Source of the DNA: Dehalococcoidales bacterium
Lineage (GTDB): Bacteria > Chloroflexota > Dehalococcoidia > Dehalococcoidales > UBA2162
Assembly: GCA_034432095.1 (NCBI GenBank)
Contig: DAOUCV010000021.1
Span: 4,262-68,261, forward strand
DNA: 64,000 nucleotides
Direction: 5' to 3'
The notes beneath the pieces were generated by a model. That model was not told the DNA's origin and did no database searches. It worked only from the letters and a program-made list of their open reading frames with translations. The position numbers and the translations under genes were made by a program. Of the stretch, positions 9,705 to 19,224 are shown piece after piece. How positions within the stretch are numbered: the stretch's first letter is position 1; each line of letters starts with the position of its first letter.

Positions 9705-10493
9705 CTAGTGGTGTGCTTTCAGCCATGTCTCTAGGTCGGCCATGACCTGCTGGTGCTCCGGCTCGTTGAAGATTTCGTGCAGCAGACCATCGTAGAGTTT
9801 CAGGGTCTTATCCCGGGAGCCGATGCGCTCGTGTAGCACCCGGCTGCGGGCACCGTCCGGGCCACCGTTACCGGCCATGATGAGCACGGGCAACTTGATT
9901 TGCGGGACTAGGTCATAAAGCTTGGCGGTCACACTGCCCATGGCGAACCCGGTGGGTATCGGGCCATGGTAGACAAGAGGGTCGTTCTCATAGGCTTTGA
10001 TGACTGCCGGGTCGCGGCTAAGCATGGCTGTGGGTAAAGGCTCACCGGGTTTACGCGGTGGCAAGGGTGGTTCGCCAGGTCGGGCTAGACCACCGCCGGA
10101 GGTGACCAGACCAGCCAGTTCCTGCTGATATTGGACTGAATAAAGCAGGGCGATGACCGACCCCATGCTGTGTCCGATGAGAAATATCCTGTCCTCGGGG
10201 TTCTCTTTACGCACGATATTGAAAAAGGTCTTGAGGTCTTTGACGTAATCTTGAAAATCATCCACCTGGACACGCTCGCCGTCCGAGCGGCCATGCCCCC
10301 GGTGGTCGAGGGCGTATACGGGATAACCTTTGGGGACGAAGTAGTTGACCACGTTACCGTAGCGTCCACTGTGCTCGGCAAAGCCGTGGGCGATAAGTAG
10401 CACCGCCCCGGTTTTCTTTTCTGGCAACCAGCACTGGTAATAAATGTTGAAATTTTTCAGCCCTTTGAAGTTGCCCTCTTTGTGTCGCATCAA
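9705..10493 (-). CDS. alpha/beta hydrolase (monoacylglycerol lipase / lysophospholipase-like)
   Basis: HGFAEHSGRY, nucleophile elbow GHSMGS, and C-terminal LYDGLLHEIFNE (His of the triad). Adjacent to glpK. Confidence 0.8.
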   Translation of the reverse strand: MMRHKEGNFKGLKNFNIYYQCWLPEKKTGAVLLIAHGFAEHSGRYGNVVNYFVPKGYPVYALDHRGHGRSDGERVQVDDFQDYVKDLKTFFNIVRKENPEDRIFLIGHSMGSVIALLYSVQYQQELAGLVTSGGGLARPGEPPLPPRKPGEPLPTAMLSRDPAVIKAYENDPLVYHGPIPTGFAMGSVTAKLYDLVPQIKLPVLIMAGNGGPDGARSRVLHERIGSRDKTLKLYDGLLHEIFNEPEHQQVMADLETWLKAHH

Positions 10494-10729
10494 TACCTGC
10501 CTCCACTTTTTATAACATCCGGGATGACAACTAATATTACGACAATAGCGTGACAGTGTTCAAGGGAAAGGGGAAATTGTAACCTTCAACCGTTGGTCGG
10601 TAAGAGTCCCGAAGGCTAACCAAGTTAATCTCCAAATCATTCGTCAGCAAGGAGAACCAGAGAAGCCCGGGATTGAATTTTCGCTAAAAGTTGCGATAGA
10701 CTTATCTTGTCAGTCTCATGCTTCTCCTG

Positions 10730-10759
10730 TTGGCAACCAAGGAGCTATCAGTATATAAT
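10730..10759 (+). promoter_or_regulatory. sigma70-like promoter upstream of the molybdopterin oxidoreductase
   Basis: TTGGCA (10730-10735), 18-nt spacer, TATAAT (10754-10759). Confidence 0.45.
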
Positions 10760-10833
10760 CGGGCCATTGGGAAAATGCTGAGGGCGCAACGGCAACACAA
10801 TGTTGCTTGGAAAGAGTACCAAGGAGGATGTTA

Positions 10834-12915
10834 GTGACCGACCAAACCACTAAAGGCGTGGCCAGAGACAGTACTTGCAGGATGTGCGATAGCGGCTGCC
10901 CTATCAAGGTATATGTTGAAAATGGGCAAATCTCCAGGATAGAAATGACGAGAGAGGCAGTAGCTAACCTCTGCCCCCGGTGGAAAGCACAAAGAGAATT
11001 CGTCTACCATCCTGACCGGCTGCTTTACCCGTTAAGACGCAGTGGTAAGAGAGGCGAAGGAAAGTTCAGCCGCATTTCTTGGGACGAGGCACTGGATACA
11101 GTTGCCCGGAGCTTGCTGGATATTAAAGCGAAGTGGGGACCCGAAGCGGTGGTCTTTTACATTGCTTATCCCAAGGAGCCCCGCCCTTATTTTAAGAGAC
11201 TGGCACATGCTTTTGGTTCCCCCAACTACTGCACCGAAAGCAGTAACTGTGCTACATCGGCGGCGCTGGCTACTGCGGTGACCTATGGCCAGGGCTTTAT
11301 GATGATAGACCCTGGTGCAGACCCAAGATGCCGGTGTAAGCTCATCTGGAGCTCCAGCATCAGGAACTCTATGCCACCTGCCTGGAAAACGTACCTGGAC
11401 ATTAAGTCCAGCGGAGTGAAGCTAATCGTAGTGGACCCGTGTCGGACCAGACTGGCGGAGATGGCAGATATTCACCTTCAGTTACGACCTGGCACTGATG
11501 GTGCTTTAGCTCTGGGCATGCTTAATGTCATCATCGAGAATAATCTTTATGATGCCGATTTCGTCGAGCGGTGGACGGTAGGCTTCGATGAGCTGAGGGA
11601 ACTGGTGAAGGAATATACTCCAGAAAAGGCAGCTCAGATTACGGATGTGCCGGCGAAGCTGATTATTGAAGCTGCTAGAATGTATGCCACCAATAAGCCG
11701 TCTCAGATCAGAACAAGCGCCAGTGCCACTACCCACAGTTCCAATGGCTTTCAGAATCACCGCGCCATCCTGATGCTGCCGGCAGTGACTGGCAATATTG
11801 ATGTCCCGGGCCGGGGTTCTGTTATGGCAGGCTGGCTGCACACCAATGATGTAACTCTGCATGAAAGGGTAGCCAGCATGCCGATCGGGCTGGGAGCAGA
11901 CCGGTTCCCTCTGTGGACGTCTTATCACCGTGAGATGCAATCTAATGTCCTCGCCGACAGGATTGAAACGGCTAAGCCATATCCGATAAAAGCGCTGTTC
12001 GCCGCCGGATTCAATGTAACTTTCTTTCCCAATACTCGCCGGTTCATGGACAATCTTAAGAAACTCGATTTCATCGTAACTACGGAGTACTTCCCCAATG
12101 AGGGTACGGCTATGGCTGACATAGTGCTTCCTATCTCGTCCTGGCTGGAGCGCCCGGTGCTTACCATCTTCCCCGGACGGCCGATTAAGCTGCAAGAACC
12201 GGTCATCGCACCACTGGGCGAGACCAAACCAGAATGGGATATTTATGCCGAGTTGGCGATTAGAATGGGGTTCGGCAGTGAATTCTGGAACGGCGATTTT
12301 GAAAAATGTCTGGATTATGTTTTGGAGCCAACGGGCGTTACTGTCGCAGAACTGAAGCGGCACCCGGAAGGTATTGAGCCAAAACAGACCGCACGACCTG
12401 AAGAAGCCAGCGAAAAGGTTGGCTTCCGGACACCGTCGGGGAAGGTCGAAATTAAATCGTCGATACTAGCCCAATATGGCTATGAACCATTACCAGTTTA
12501 TCGGGAACCCGCTGAAAGCCCTTTGAGTCAACCGGAGCTTGCCCGAACCTATCCTCTCGTCCTGACCAGCGGAGCGCGCACAGTGGTCTATACGCATTCG
12601 CAGTATCGCCAGATTGAGAGTCTACGGCGGATGATGCCATACCCACTGGCGGATATTAATCCGGTTGACGCGAGGGAGCGCGGAATTAAGTCCGGAGATG
12701 ATATTGAAGTTAGCACAAAGAGAGGGACTGCACGTTTCAAAGCACGGGTAACGGATGAAATTAAAGCTGGCGTGGTCAGTTTGCTGCATCACTGGCCTGG
12801 AGAAGCGAACGTCAATATACTGATTGATGATAGCGCCCTTGACCCTGTATCTGGCTTTGCTCCCTTCAAAGCCCAGCTATGCCAGGTAAGACTAGCGCGG
12901 AGGGAAAGCGGTTAG
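10834..12915 (+). CDS. molybdopterin (Mo/W-bisPGD) oxidoreductase, cytoplasmic, DMSO-reductase superfamily
   Basis: N-terminal [4Fe-4S] motif CRMCDSGC...C(PRW) and typical MopB blocks (LIVVDPCRT, LRPGTDGAL), with a C-terminal molybdopterin-binding barrel. No twin-arginine signal. GTG 10834 is preferred as the start (AAGGAGG 6 nt upstream); the ORF is open from 10807. Confidence 0.85.
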   Translation: MTDQTTKGVARDSTCRMCDSGCPIKVYVENGQISRIEMTREAVANLCPRWKAQREFVYHPDRLLYPLRRSGKRGEGKFSRISWDEALDTVARSLLDIKAKWGPEAVVFYIAYPKEPRPYFKRLAHAFGSPNYCTESSNCATSAALATAVTYGQGFMMIDPGADPRCRCKLIWSSSIRNSMPPAWKTYLDIKSSGVKLIVVDPCRTRLAEMADIHLQLRPGTDGALALGMLNVIIENNLYDADFVERWTVGFDELRELVKEYTPEKAAQITDVPAKLIIEAARMYATNKPSQIRTSASATTHSSNGFQNHRAILMLPAVTGNIDVPGRGSVMAGWLHTNDVTLHERVASMPIGLGADRFPLWTSYHREMQSNVLADRIETAKPYPIKALFAAGFNVTFFPNTRRFMDNLKKLDFIVTTEYFPNEGTAMADIVLPISSWLERPVLTIFPGRPIKLQEPVIAPLGETKPEWDIYAELAIRMGFGSEFWNGDFEKCLDYVLEPTGVTVAELKRHPEGIEPKQTARPEEASEKVGFRTPSGKVEIKSSILAQYGYEPLPVYREPAESPLSQPELARTYPLVLTSGARTVVYTHSQYRQIESLRRMMPYPLADINPVDARERGIKSGDDIEVSTKRGTARFKARVTDEIKAGVVSLLHHWPGEANVNILIDDSALDPVSGFAPFKAQLCQVRLARRESG

Positions 12916-13047
12916 AAATCCACCAGAGGACAATGAATACCAGAATCCTTAACACTCTGGGTGCCCCATCGGCCAGCTGACTCGGCAACCCGTAGTGATG
13001 CGGGAACCCGCTGAAGTAAAGTATTAAACAAAAGGAGGGGCTATCAA

Positions 13048-13497
13048 ATGGCAGAGACAAAGTACGGGAAGTATATCGTCTATGATGCAAGACCCCCTAT
13101 ACCTAAGGGTGCGCCACCGCCACCGCCTCCTGGCGAAAGAAACGGGGCTATGGTGCTGTATGTGGATGATACCATCATTAAGGGGGCTTTCTACTTGAAC
13201 TGTGCCCTGATATGGAAAGCATCGGACAGGGGTAGCCCCGGCGTTGTCCATTCTCACGAGGATTACGACGAATATGTTGGATTTATGGGAAGCAACCCGG
13301 AAGACCCTCACGATTTATGCGGTGAAGTCGAGTTCTGGCTCGGCGGCGAAAAGCACATTCTCACCAAAAGTTGCGCTGTCTTTATCCCCAGGGGACTATT
13401 GCATTGCCCGATATATTTCAGGAGAGTGGACAGGCCTATTTTCTATTTCAGCACGGCACCCTCTACAACATATGGTAAAGACCTGCCCAAGAAATGA
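13048..13497 (+). CDS. small cupin-fold protein, paralogue 1
   Basis: Cupin motif VHSHEDYDEYVGFMG ... LHCP. Strong RBS AAAGGAGGGG. Contains a PPPPPP run. Paralogous to 15235-15681. Confidence 0.7.
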   Translation: MAETKYGKYIVYDARPPIPKGAPPPPPPGERNGAMVLYVDDTIIKGAFYLNCALIWKASDRGSPGVVHSHEDYDEYVGFMGSNPEDPHDLCGEVEFWLGGEKHILTKSCAVFIPRGLLHCPIYFRRVDRPIFYFSTAPSTTYGKDLPKK

Positions 13498-13587
13498 ACT
13501 TTGTGCGGGGGTAAGGCAGTCTGGTTAAAGTAAGCAAGACCGTTAACCATAGTTAGCTATAAGACTACGGTGTTGACGGAGGAACAG

Positions 13588-14367
13588 ATGCAGTTGTATG
13601 TCGGCGGGCTTTCCGAAAACATAGTTGAAGATGAGGTGCTTGAGCTTTTCTCCAGGATAGGCACAGTGGAGTTAGTTCGAGTTATCAGAGATGTCTCCGG
13701 CAAGTCCAGGGGATTCGCTATAGTCAGGATGCCGGACAACACCGAGGGTGAGAACGCTATCAAGAAGCTGAACGGTCTCATGCTAGCTGACCGACGACTG
13801 CAGGTCGCCAGAATGCATGAGACCTTACCCGGGGAAATGGAGTTCAGAGAGTGGCTCAGAGATAACGCATACCAAGTCCTCAAGAAAGTGGGAGTCAGCC
13901 GTGGGCAGACAGTGCTCGACTTTGGTTGCGGTCCCGGTCTGTTCTCGATAGCTGGCGCCACCATAGTTGGGCACGGAGGTAAGGTATATGCCCTCGATGT
14001 CCGTCCCGATGCCCTTGAGCACCTCAGAGAAGCTGCCAGAAGAAAAGGATTGGACAATATAGAGACCATGCTCCTGAACAGGTCCACAATGTCCATCGCT
14101 CTGGAAAATGAGAGCGTGGACGTTGTCCTGCTCTATGATGTGATACAGGAAATAGCGGATAAGCCGGGGCTGCTCAGGGAATTGCACAGGCTATTGAAAC
14201 GTGGTGGTCTTCTCTCTGTCTTTCCCATGCACCTGGGAACGGACAAGTTCTTGAGTATGATTAATCCTCTCGGTCTGTTCCGCTTTAGGGAACGCTACAG
14301 CCCACCGGGACTACAGTCGGCAAGTGAGGTTATCAATCTCACCAAAGATATGCCGTCAGCGAGGTAG
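13588..14367 (+). CDS. RRM (RNA recognition motif) domain fused to a class I SAM-dependent methyltransferase
   Basis: RNP-2 LYVGGL, RNP-1 RGFAIVRM, then AIKKLNG...RRLQVA. The MTase part has motif I VLDFGCGPG, then VYALDV and LLKRGGLL. ATG 13588 is preferred (GGAGG 5 nt upstream); the ORF is open from GTG 13570. Confidence 0.8.
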   Translation: MQLYVGGLSENIVEDEVLELFSRIGTVELVRVIRDVSGKSRGFAIVRMPDNTEGENAIKKLNGLMLADRRLQVARMHETLPGEMEFREWLRDNAYQVLKKVGVSRGQTVLDFGCGPGLFSIAGATIVGHGGKVYALDVRPDALEHLREAARRKGLDNIETMLLNRSTMSIALENESVDVVLLYDVIQEIADKPGLLRELHRLLKRGGLLSVFPMHLGTDKFLSMINPLGLFRFRERYSPPGLQSASEVINLTKDMPSAR

Positions 14368-14393
14368 CAGAAGATTACAAGTGGAGGAATATT

Positions 14394-15110
14394 ATGGCAG
14401 AAAAAGACATGATGGTGAACTGCGCCAAGTGTCCACGGCCGGTATGTAACAGCCCAGCGTGGCAAGAAGGACCGGAAAACTGCCCGAGGAAGGTGATGCC
14501 AGACGTCATAGTCAAAGCTACGGAGAAATGCTTTAGCCCCGAGTTCCGGGACTTTGCGATGAAGGCGTCCAAGCAAGAGGGGTCAGGGTACATGAGGCTT
14601 CCTCATTCGCCCAACAGCCCTTCTCCGGTGAAGAGCAGACTTGAAGAAGTGATGGAGTTCGCTCACAGGATGGGGTACAAAAGGCTAGGTGTTGCCTACT
14701 GTGGTGGAGTCCAGTTCGAGGCTGGCCTCTTAATACCTATTCTGGAGAACCGGGGATTTGAGGTGATATCAGTGGCGTGCAAGTGCGGCTCGGTGCCTAA
14801 AGAGGAGCTGGGGATTCAAGACTGGGAGAAAGTCTCCCCTGGGCACTTTGAGGCGATGTGTCATCCAATAGCTCAAGCCGAGATTCTGAATAGCTACAGG
14901 ACAGACCTTAACGTGATGGTATGCCTGTGTGTAGGCCACGATTCCCTTTTTCTGAGACACAGTGAAGCCCCGTGCACCGTGCTCGCTGCCAAGGATAGAG
15001 TCTACGGGCATGCCCCACTGATGGCATTATACCAATCTAGGTCGTATCACCGCCGGGTCATGGCAAAGCAGAGCATACCCGATGCGGCTAAGGAAATGGA
15101 AAAAGGGTGA
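14394..15110 (+). CDS. Cys-rich metal-binding protein (DUF1847-like)
   Basis: N-terminal CAKCPRPVC...CP motif and internal Cys pairs (CKCG, CLCVGHD). The family assignment is from memory of the DUF1847 pattern. Confidence 0.55.
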   Translation: MAEKDMMVNCAKCPRPVCNSPAWQEGPENCPRKVMPDVIVKATEKCFSPEFRDFAMKASKQEGSGYMRLPHSPNSPSPVKSRLEEVMEFAHRMGYKRLGVAYCGGVQFEAGLLIPILENRGFEVISVACKCGSVPKEELGIQDWEKVSPGHFEAMCHPIAQAEILNSYRTDLNVMVCLCVGHDSLFLRHSEAPCTVLAAKDRVYGHAPLMALYQSRSYHRRVMAKQSIPDAAKEMEKG

Positions 15111-15234
15111 CAGCTTTAGGGTAGTACTGATAATTACCAGCCGCTTTATCTTCGCAGGCTCCTTGCTCGATTGGTTTGTTTGCTGGTGTTTTACACCTGC
15201 TCTCTAGTTGTCAAGTCATTTGCTAATCCGTTAG

Positions 15235-15681
15235 TTACTCTTTTCGGGGCATTGGTGGCGGCCCTTCCCCCACGAATTTTGTTTCAAATTTACGTGTAAG
15301 CGATATTTCTAGAAATACCACGGGTCTATCCGGGTCGCATTTCTTGATGATTAATGGACAGTGGATTAACCCCGGCGGGACAGAGACAATTGTGGTAGAG
15401 TTGATAATATGTTTTTCCTGTTCCTCGCCTAAACACATCTCTATTTCTGCCCCGAAATCGTTTATATCTTTGGGGTTACCCCCGATGAAGCAAAGGAGCT
15501 CGTGGTAATCGTGTGTGTGGGGATACAGGGCTTTGTATTCCGCATTGGCCAGGCAGTGGTAACCAATGCAGACATCGGCGCCGTACTCACCTCCGTGTGC
15601 GACTATTGAAGTTCCAGTATAATGTGGTATGGTCACAAAAGGCCCCTGTATCAAATATTTCCCGTACTTTGTCTTTGCCAT
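15235..15681 (-). CDS. small cupin-fold protein, paralogue 2
   Basis: It shares MA(E/K)TKYGKY, H-x-H-(D/E)-Y-x-E, NP-D, E-E-LG, KHI, GL-HCP and DRP with 13048-13497. RBS GAGGAGGA. Confidence 0.7.
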   Translation of the reverse strand: MAKTKYGKYLIQGPFVTIPHYTGTSIVAHGGEYGADVCIGYHCLANAEYKALYPHTHDYHELLCFIGGNPKDINDFGAEIEMCLGEEQEKHIINSTTIVSVPPGLIHCPLIIKKCDPDRPVVFLEISLTRKFETKFVGEGPPPMPRKE

Positions 15682-16076
15682 TTTACGATTCCTCCTCTCT
15701 TATCCCGGTATGGGGCCGGAATAGCTACAGAATATTACAACAGTCTTCTAGGTATAACGGGAGCGCCGGGTTTTATCTCGCCCCGTTCCGAGTGTAATTT
15801 CATCTTGTCTTTTATAAAGTGTAGCACTGGCCCCAGAGGTTGAAAAGAAATATGACGGCGCTCCCAAGAATATCAAATCATAGTCTGGCTGAGCCCCGTA
15901 TTGCCTCAATAGAAACTGTTAGCGGAGCGGTCATAGCCAATGAGCCACCTCACTACCGACCAGTCTTTCTTATAGGAGTGGGTGAAGGTGATTTTCTTAC
16001 GCCGGTAGTAGGTGCAAAGGTGCTGATTGATAACTTCACCGTCTTCGGTAGCAAGAATTATGAGTCAATTCGCATT

Positions 16077-16105
16077 CTTGACAACAATCGAAGATGGTGA
16101 TAACA
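16077..16105 (+). promoter_or_regulatory. sigma70-like promoter flanked by ATTCGCATT repeats
   Basis: TTGACA (16077-16082), 17-nt spacer, TAACAT (16100-16105). ATTCGCATT occurs at 16067-16075 and 16104-16112. Confidence 0.4.
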
Positions 16106-16462
16106 TTCGCATTGAATTGTTACTGGGAATAAAGTAAGCAGAAGGGTGAAGTTAATACGGCTCATTCATCCCAAGTGGTGGCATAGTTGGTTTAGGCGGT
16201 TCTGGTAGGGGGCGGCCAGTCGTCTAAGGCAAAAGGTAAACTTCAATTCATTATTAAACGAGACCGAAATCACCCGTTTCTATTAATTGCTACCATCAAG
16301 GCATCGCTGTGGATTAAAGCATATAAAAGCGGAGGTAGCAAAGCAAGATATTGGACGTTAGTAAATTTGACCACGTGGGGGTGTTGTTATGGCTGTACCC
16401 TCAGATGCAGGCGGAAGTATTATTGCCAGCGAATATTACCTTCGGGGAAACGGGAGTATGAT

Positions 16463-17470
16463 ATGAAAAAGAACAGAATTTGTGAGTTGTTATCAATCAA
16501 GTATCCTGTGCTCCAAGCTCCTATGTCATGGATAACTGATGCTAAGTTAGCAGCCGCCGTATCAAATGCTGGCGGTCTGGGTATTATCGGACCCAATGCC
16601 GGTGCAAAAACCCTGACGACAGATGTAATAGAAACCGGGGAGCGTTTACGTAGCGAGATTAGGAGAGCAAAATCACTAACCGACAAACCCTTTGGGGTCA
16701 ATGTTTTATCTTATAAAGGTGACCTTTTTCAATTCAGCGATCAATGCGTCAAAGTCATCCTAGAAGAGGGCGTCGCCGTGGTAGCTTTATGTGGTGACCA
16801 ACCAGAAAAATATGCGAAACAACTGAAAGATGCTGGGATAAAGCTATTACACCGAGCATTACCAGTAAATAATGTTGAAGCTGCCAGGAGAGCGGAACAG
16901 GCAGGAATAGACGCTTTTATCGCTACGGGTTTTGAGGGTGGCGGACATGTGGGTCTTGATAGGATTCCCACTTTTGTATTGATTCCCCAGATTGTGGATG
17001 CCATCAAAATCCCGGTTATTGCTGGGGGTGGCATTGTGGATGGGAGAGGCATGGTCGCGGCCATGGCTCTGGGAGCTGAAGGCGTTTATATGGGCACTAG
17101 ATTCATTGCCACCACAGAGTGTCCGGCGCATCCAACTTATAAACAAGCTATTATAAATGCCAACGATACCAGCACGGTGACATTTACCAGTATGGTTGGT
17201 TTGTGTCGAGCCTTGAAAACGCCACCGGTAGAGCGATATGTTCAAATGGAATTGAATGGTACGGCTACCTATGAGGAAATGGTGAAGTTACACCGTCACG
17301 AAAGCCGGCCCTGGCTAGAGGGGGACTGGGCTACCACTGTTTTCCCGGTCGGTGCTGGTGCTGGTTTGATAAAAAAGGTTACAAGCGCCGCTGAAGTAGT
17401 AACTAGTATCATTGAGGAAGCTGACAGGATACTAAAGAATATGTGTAATTTAGGGCTGATGATGGAATAG
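16463..17470 (+). CDS. nitronate monooxygenase / enoyl-ACP reductase II (FabK-like) family FMN oxidoreductase
   Basis: YPVLQAPMSWITDAKLAAAVSNAGGLGIIG, GFEGGGH and IPVIAGGGI. ATG 16463 is preferred (GGGAG upstream); the ORF is open from 16367. Confidence 0.85.
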   Translation: MKKNRICELLSIKYPVLQAPMSWITDAKLAAAVSNAGGLGIIGPNAGAKTLTTDVIETGERLRSEIRRAKSLTDKPFGVNVLSYKGDLFQFSDQCVKVILEEGVAVVALCGDQPEKYAKQLKDAGIKLLHRALPVNNVEAARRAEQAGIDAFIATGFEGGGHVGLDRIPTFVLIPQIVDAIKIPVIAGGGIVDGRGMVAAMALGAEGVYMGTRFIATTECPAHPTYKQAIINANDTSTVTFTSMVGLCRALKTPPVERYVQMELNGTATYEEMVKLHRHESRPWLEGDWATTVFPVGAGAGLIKKVTSAAEVVTSIIEEADRILKNMCNLGLMME

Positions 17471-17747
17471 AAGAACAATTTGTTCGAATTGACCGCCACC
17501 GCAGTTATCCAGCCCGTGTCTTTTTAATGGCAAACGTGGTAGGCTGGCAGCGTTATCCTCGTATGCTTTTCCCTTCCGGGCCACTGATTTCCATCTGGTC
17601 TATGGCGTGGATGGTTTTTAGAGCCATTTTATCACCGAATGTGTGAGTAGGTTTGCACGGAAAAGCTCAACGAAAACGGCTACCACTTAAATAGAATCAG
17701 CTTACGTATTCCCCGTCCATTATAGATTGACGGTCGTCCTTAATTGG

Positions 17748-18905
17748 CTAAATTATCTTCTCTCTCCGCAATTCAGCAATCTTTGCTTCCGAATACCCGA
17801 GAAGCTGAGACATTACTTCTTCGGTGTGTTGACCCAAAGTGGGTGGCGATTTGTATTCCTGCTCCACCCCAGACACCTTTATGGGATTTCCCGCTAACCA
17901 TATCGGGTCTTCCAGAACCCAGTCAACAGGGACTACCATTTTTTGGTGAAGTACCTGGGGGTCAGTAAGGGCTTTATCTATGGTATTTACCGGCCCAGCA
18001 GGTACCCCCTCACTAACAAAGCGTTCCATCCACTCTTCGGTGCTCCTGCTGAGAATGATTTCCTGGATAATGGAGGTCAGTTCCCCCGCATTTTCGTTTC
18101 TCTTAGAAACGGATTCAAATCTTGGGTCTGTAGCTAATTCTTCACGACCAAGGCCTCTACATAGGGCTGGCCAGAACCTATCGCCACCGATGGCGGCGAT
18201 TACGATATGCCCATCACTCGTCTTGTAAGTCCGATAGGTGGGCCTAGGCATATCTGGTCCCTCAGTGACCTTTCCCGAGTAAAAAAAAGCGGGCACGCGA
18301 GCGTACAAGAGCGCTATTTGACCGTCCAACAAGGAGACCTCCACCTTGTAGCCTATGCCAGTATGCTCACGCGAGTAGAGTGCCGCTACAACACCCTGAG
18401 CAGCCCACATCCCTCCGACGCAGTCGGTGATTGAAAGCCCGGACCTCGCCGGAGGAGGATTCCCGGTGATGCTCATTGCCCCTGACATAGCCTGAAGTAC
18501 TAAATCGAAGGCTGGTCGGTCTCTATAGGGGCCTGTTGAGCCAAAGCCAGTAATAGAACAAGATATTATTCTTGGATTTAGGCTCCTTAGACTTGCATAA
18601 TCAACGCCCAGCCTCTCTAGAGTGCCAGGGCGGTAGTTGTCAAGGACAACATCCGCTTTTTTAGTGAGGTCGTAGAAAACCTCTTTGCCCTGTGGAGCTT
18701 TGAGATTTAAGATAATACTCTTTTTGTTCCGGCAGGTCGCAAGAAACACGAAATCGTCCGAATTTAAGCCACCTTCCCCTATTTGTCTCTGTCCTGGTGG
18801 CTCAATTTTGATTACCTCTGCCCCCAAGTCAGCCAATATCATGGAGGCATAGGGTCCTGCCAAGAACTGTGAAAGCTCCAAAACCCTTACCCCTTCAAGC
18901 AACAT
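17748..18905 (-). CDS. family III CoA-transferase (CaiB/BaiF), copy 1
   Basis: LEGVRVLELSQFLAGPYASMILADLGAEVIKIE, a catalytic-Asp block SITDCVGG, and C-terminal LGQHTEEV. Confidence 0.9.
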   Translation of the reverse strand: MLLEGVRVLELSQFLAGPYASMILADLGAEVIKIEPPGQRQIGEGGLNSDDFVFLATCRNKKSIILNLKAPQGKEVFYDLTKKADVVLDNYRPGTLERLGVDYASLRSLNPRIISCSITGFGSTGPYRDRPAFDLVLQAMSGAMSITGNPPPARSGLSITDCVGGMWAAQGVVAALYSREHTGIGYKVEVSLLDGQIALLYARVPAFFYSGKVTEGPDMPRPTYRTYKTSDGHIVIAAIGGDRFWPALCRGLGREELATDPRFESVSKRNENAGELTSIIQEIILSRSTEEWMERFVSEGVPAGPVNTIDKALTDPQVLHQKMVVPVDWVLEDPIWLAGNPIKVSGVEQEYKSPPTLGQHTEEVMSQLLGYSEAKIAELRREKII

Positions 18906-19224
18906 CGCTACTTACTCACCCCCTTAACAACTTTAGTGGCAATTTTGTTTTGACAGGCTCAACTTTCTAGCACCAGACCCGAGGCTTTTGAACCCCTGTG
19001 TTGAATCTTCATCTCCAGCTACACGGTAGAATTAACCATATAGCTCGGCAGTTAGACACATGAGAAATAACCTTTCAACTGACCCTTGTCACCTGTGAAG
19101 CTTCTCCTAAGGTCAATCCAAGTCATCCTGTTAACTGTCTTCCTTCTTCTGGTTCTTCCCGCCTTATGCTATCACTACTCTCTAAAACAGCGCCGAATTT
19201 GGAAATAACCGTAGTGACGTGACA

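Noticed and set aside
11506-12363. 285-aa antisense ORF inside the molybdopterin oxidoreductase gene. Similar long antisense or shadow ORFs occur at 61453-62145, 13557-14096, 38151-38672, 24593-25093, 40639-41037 and 59365-59763.
   Set aside because: All lie opposite or out of frame to genes with strong family motifs. They have no recognisable motifs or RBS and show biased low-complexity composition typical of shadow ORFs.
15850-16060. Minus-strand open stretch reading ILATEDGEVINQHLCTYYRRKKITFTHSYKKDWSVVRWLIGYDRSANSFY*, considered as a remnant of a mobile-element gene.
   Set aside because: It has no start codon (a stop lies immediately upstream), no family motif I can recognise and no flanking inverted repeats. 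It cannot be distinguished from chance.
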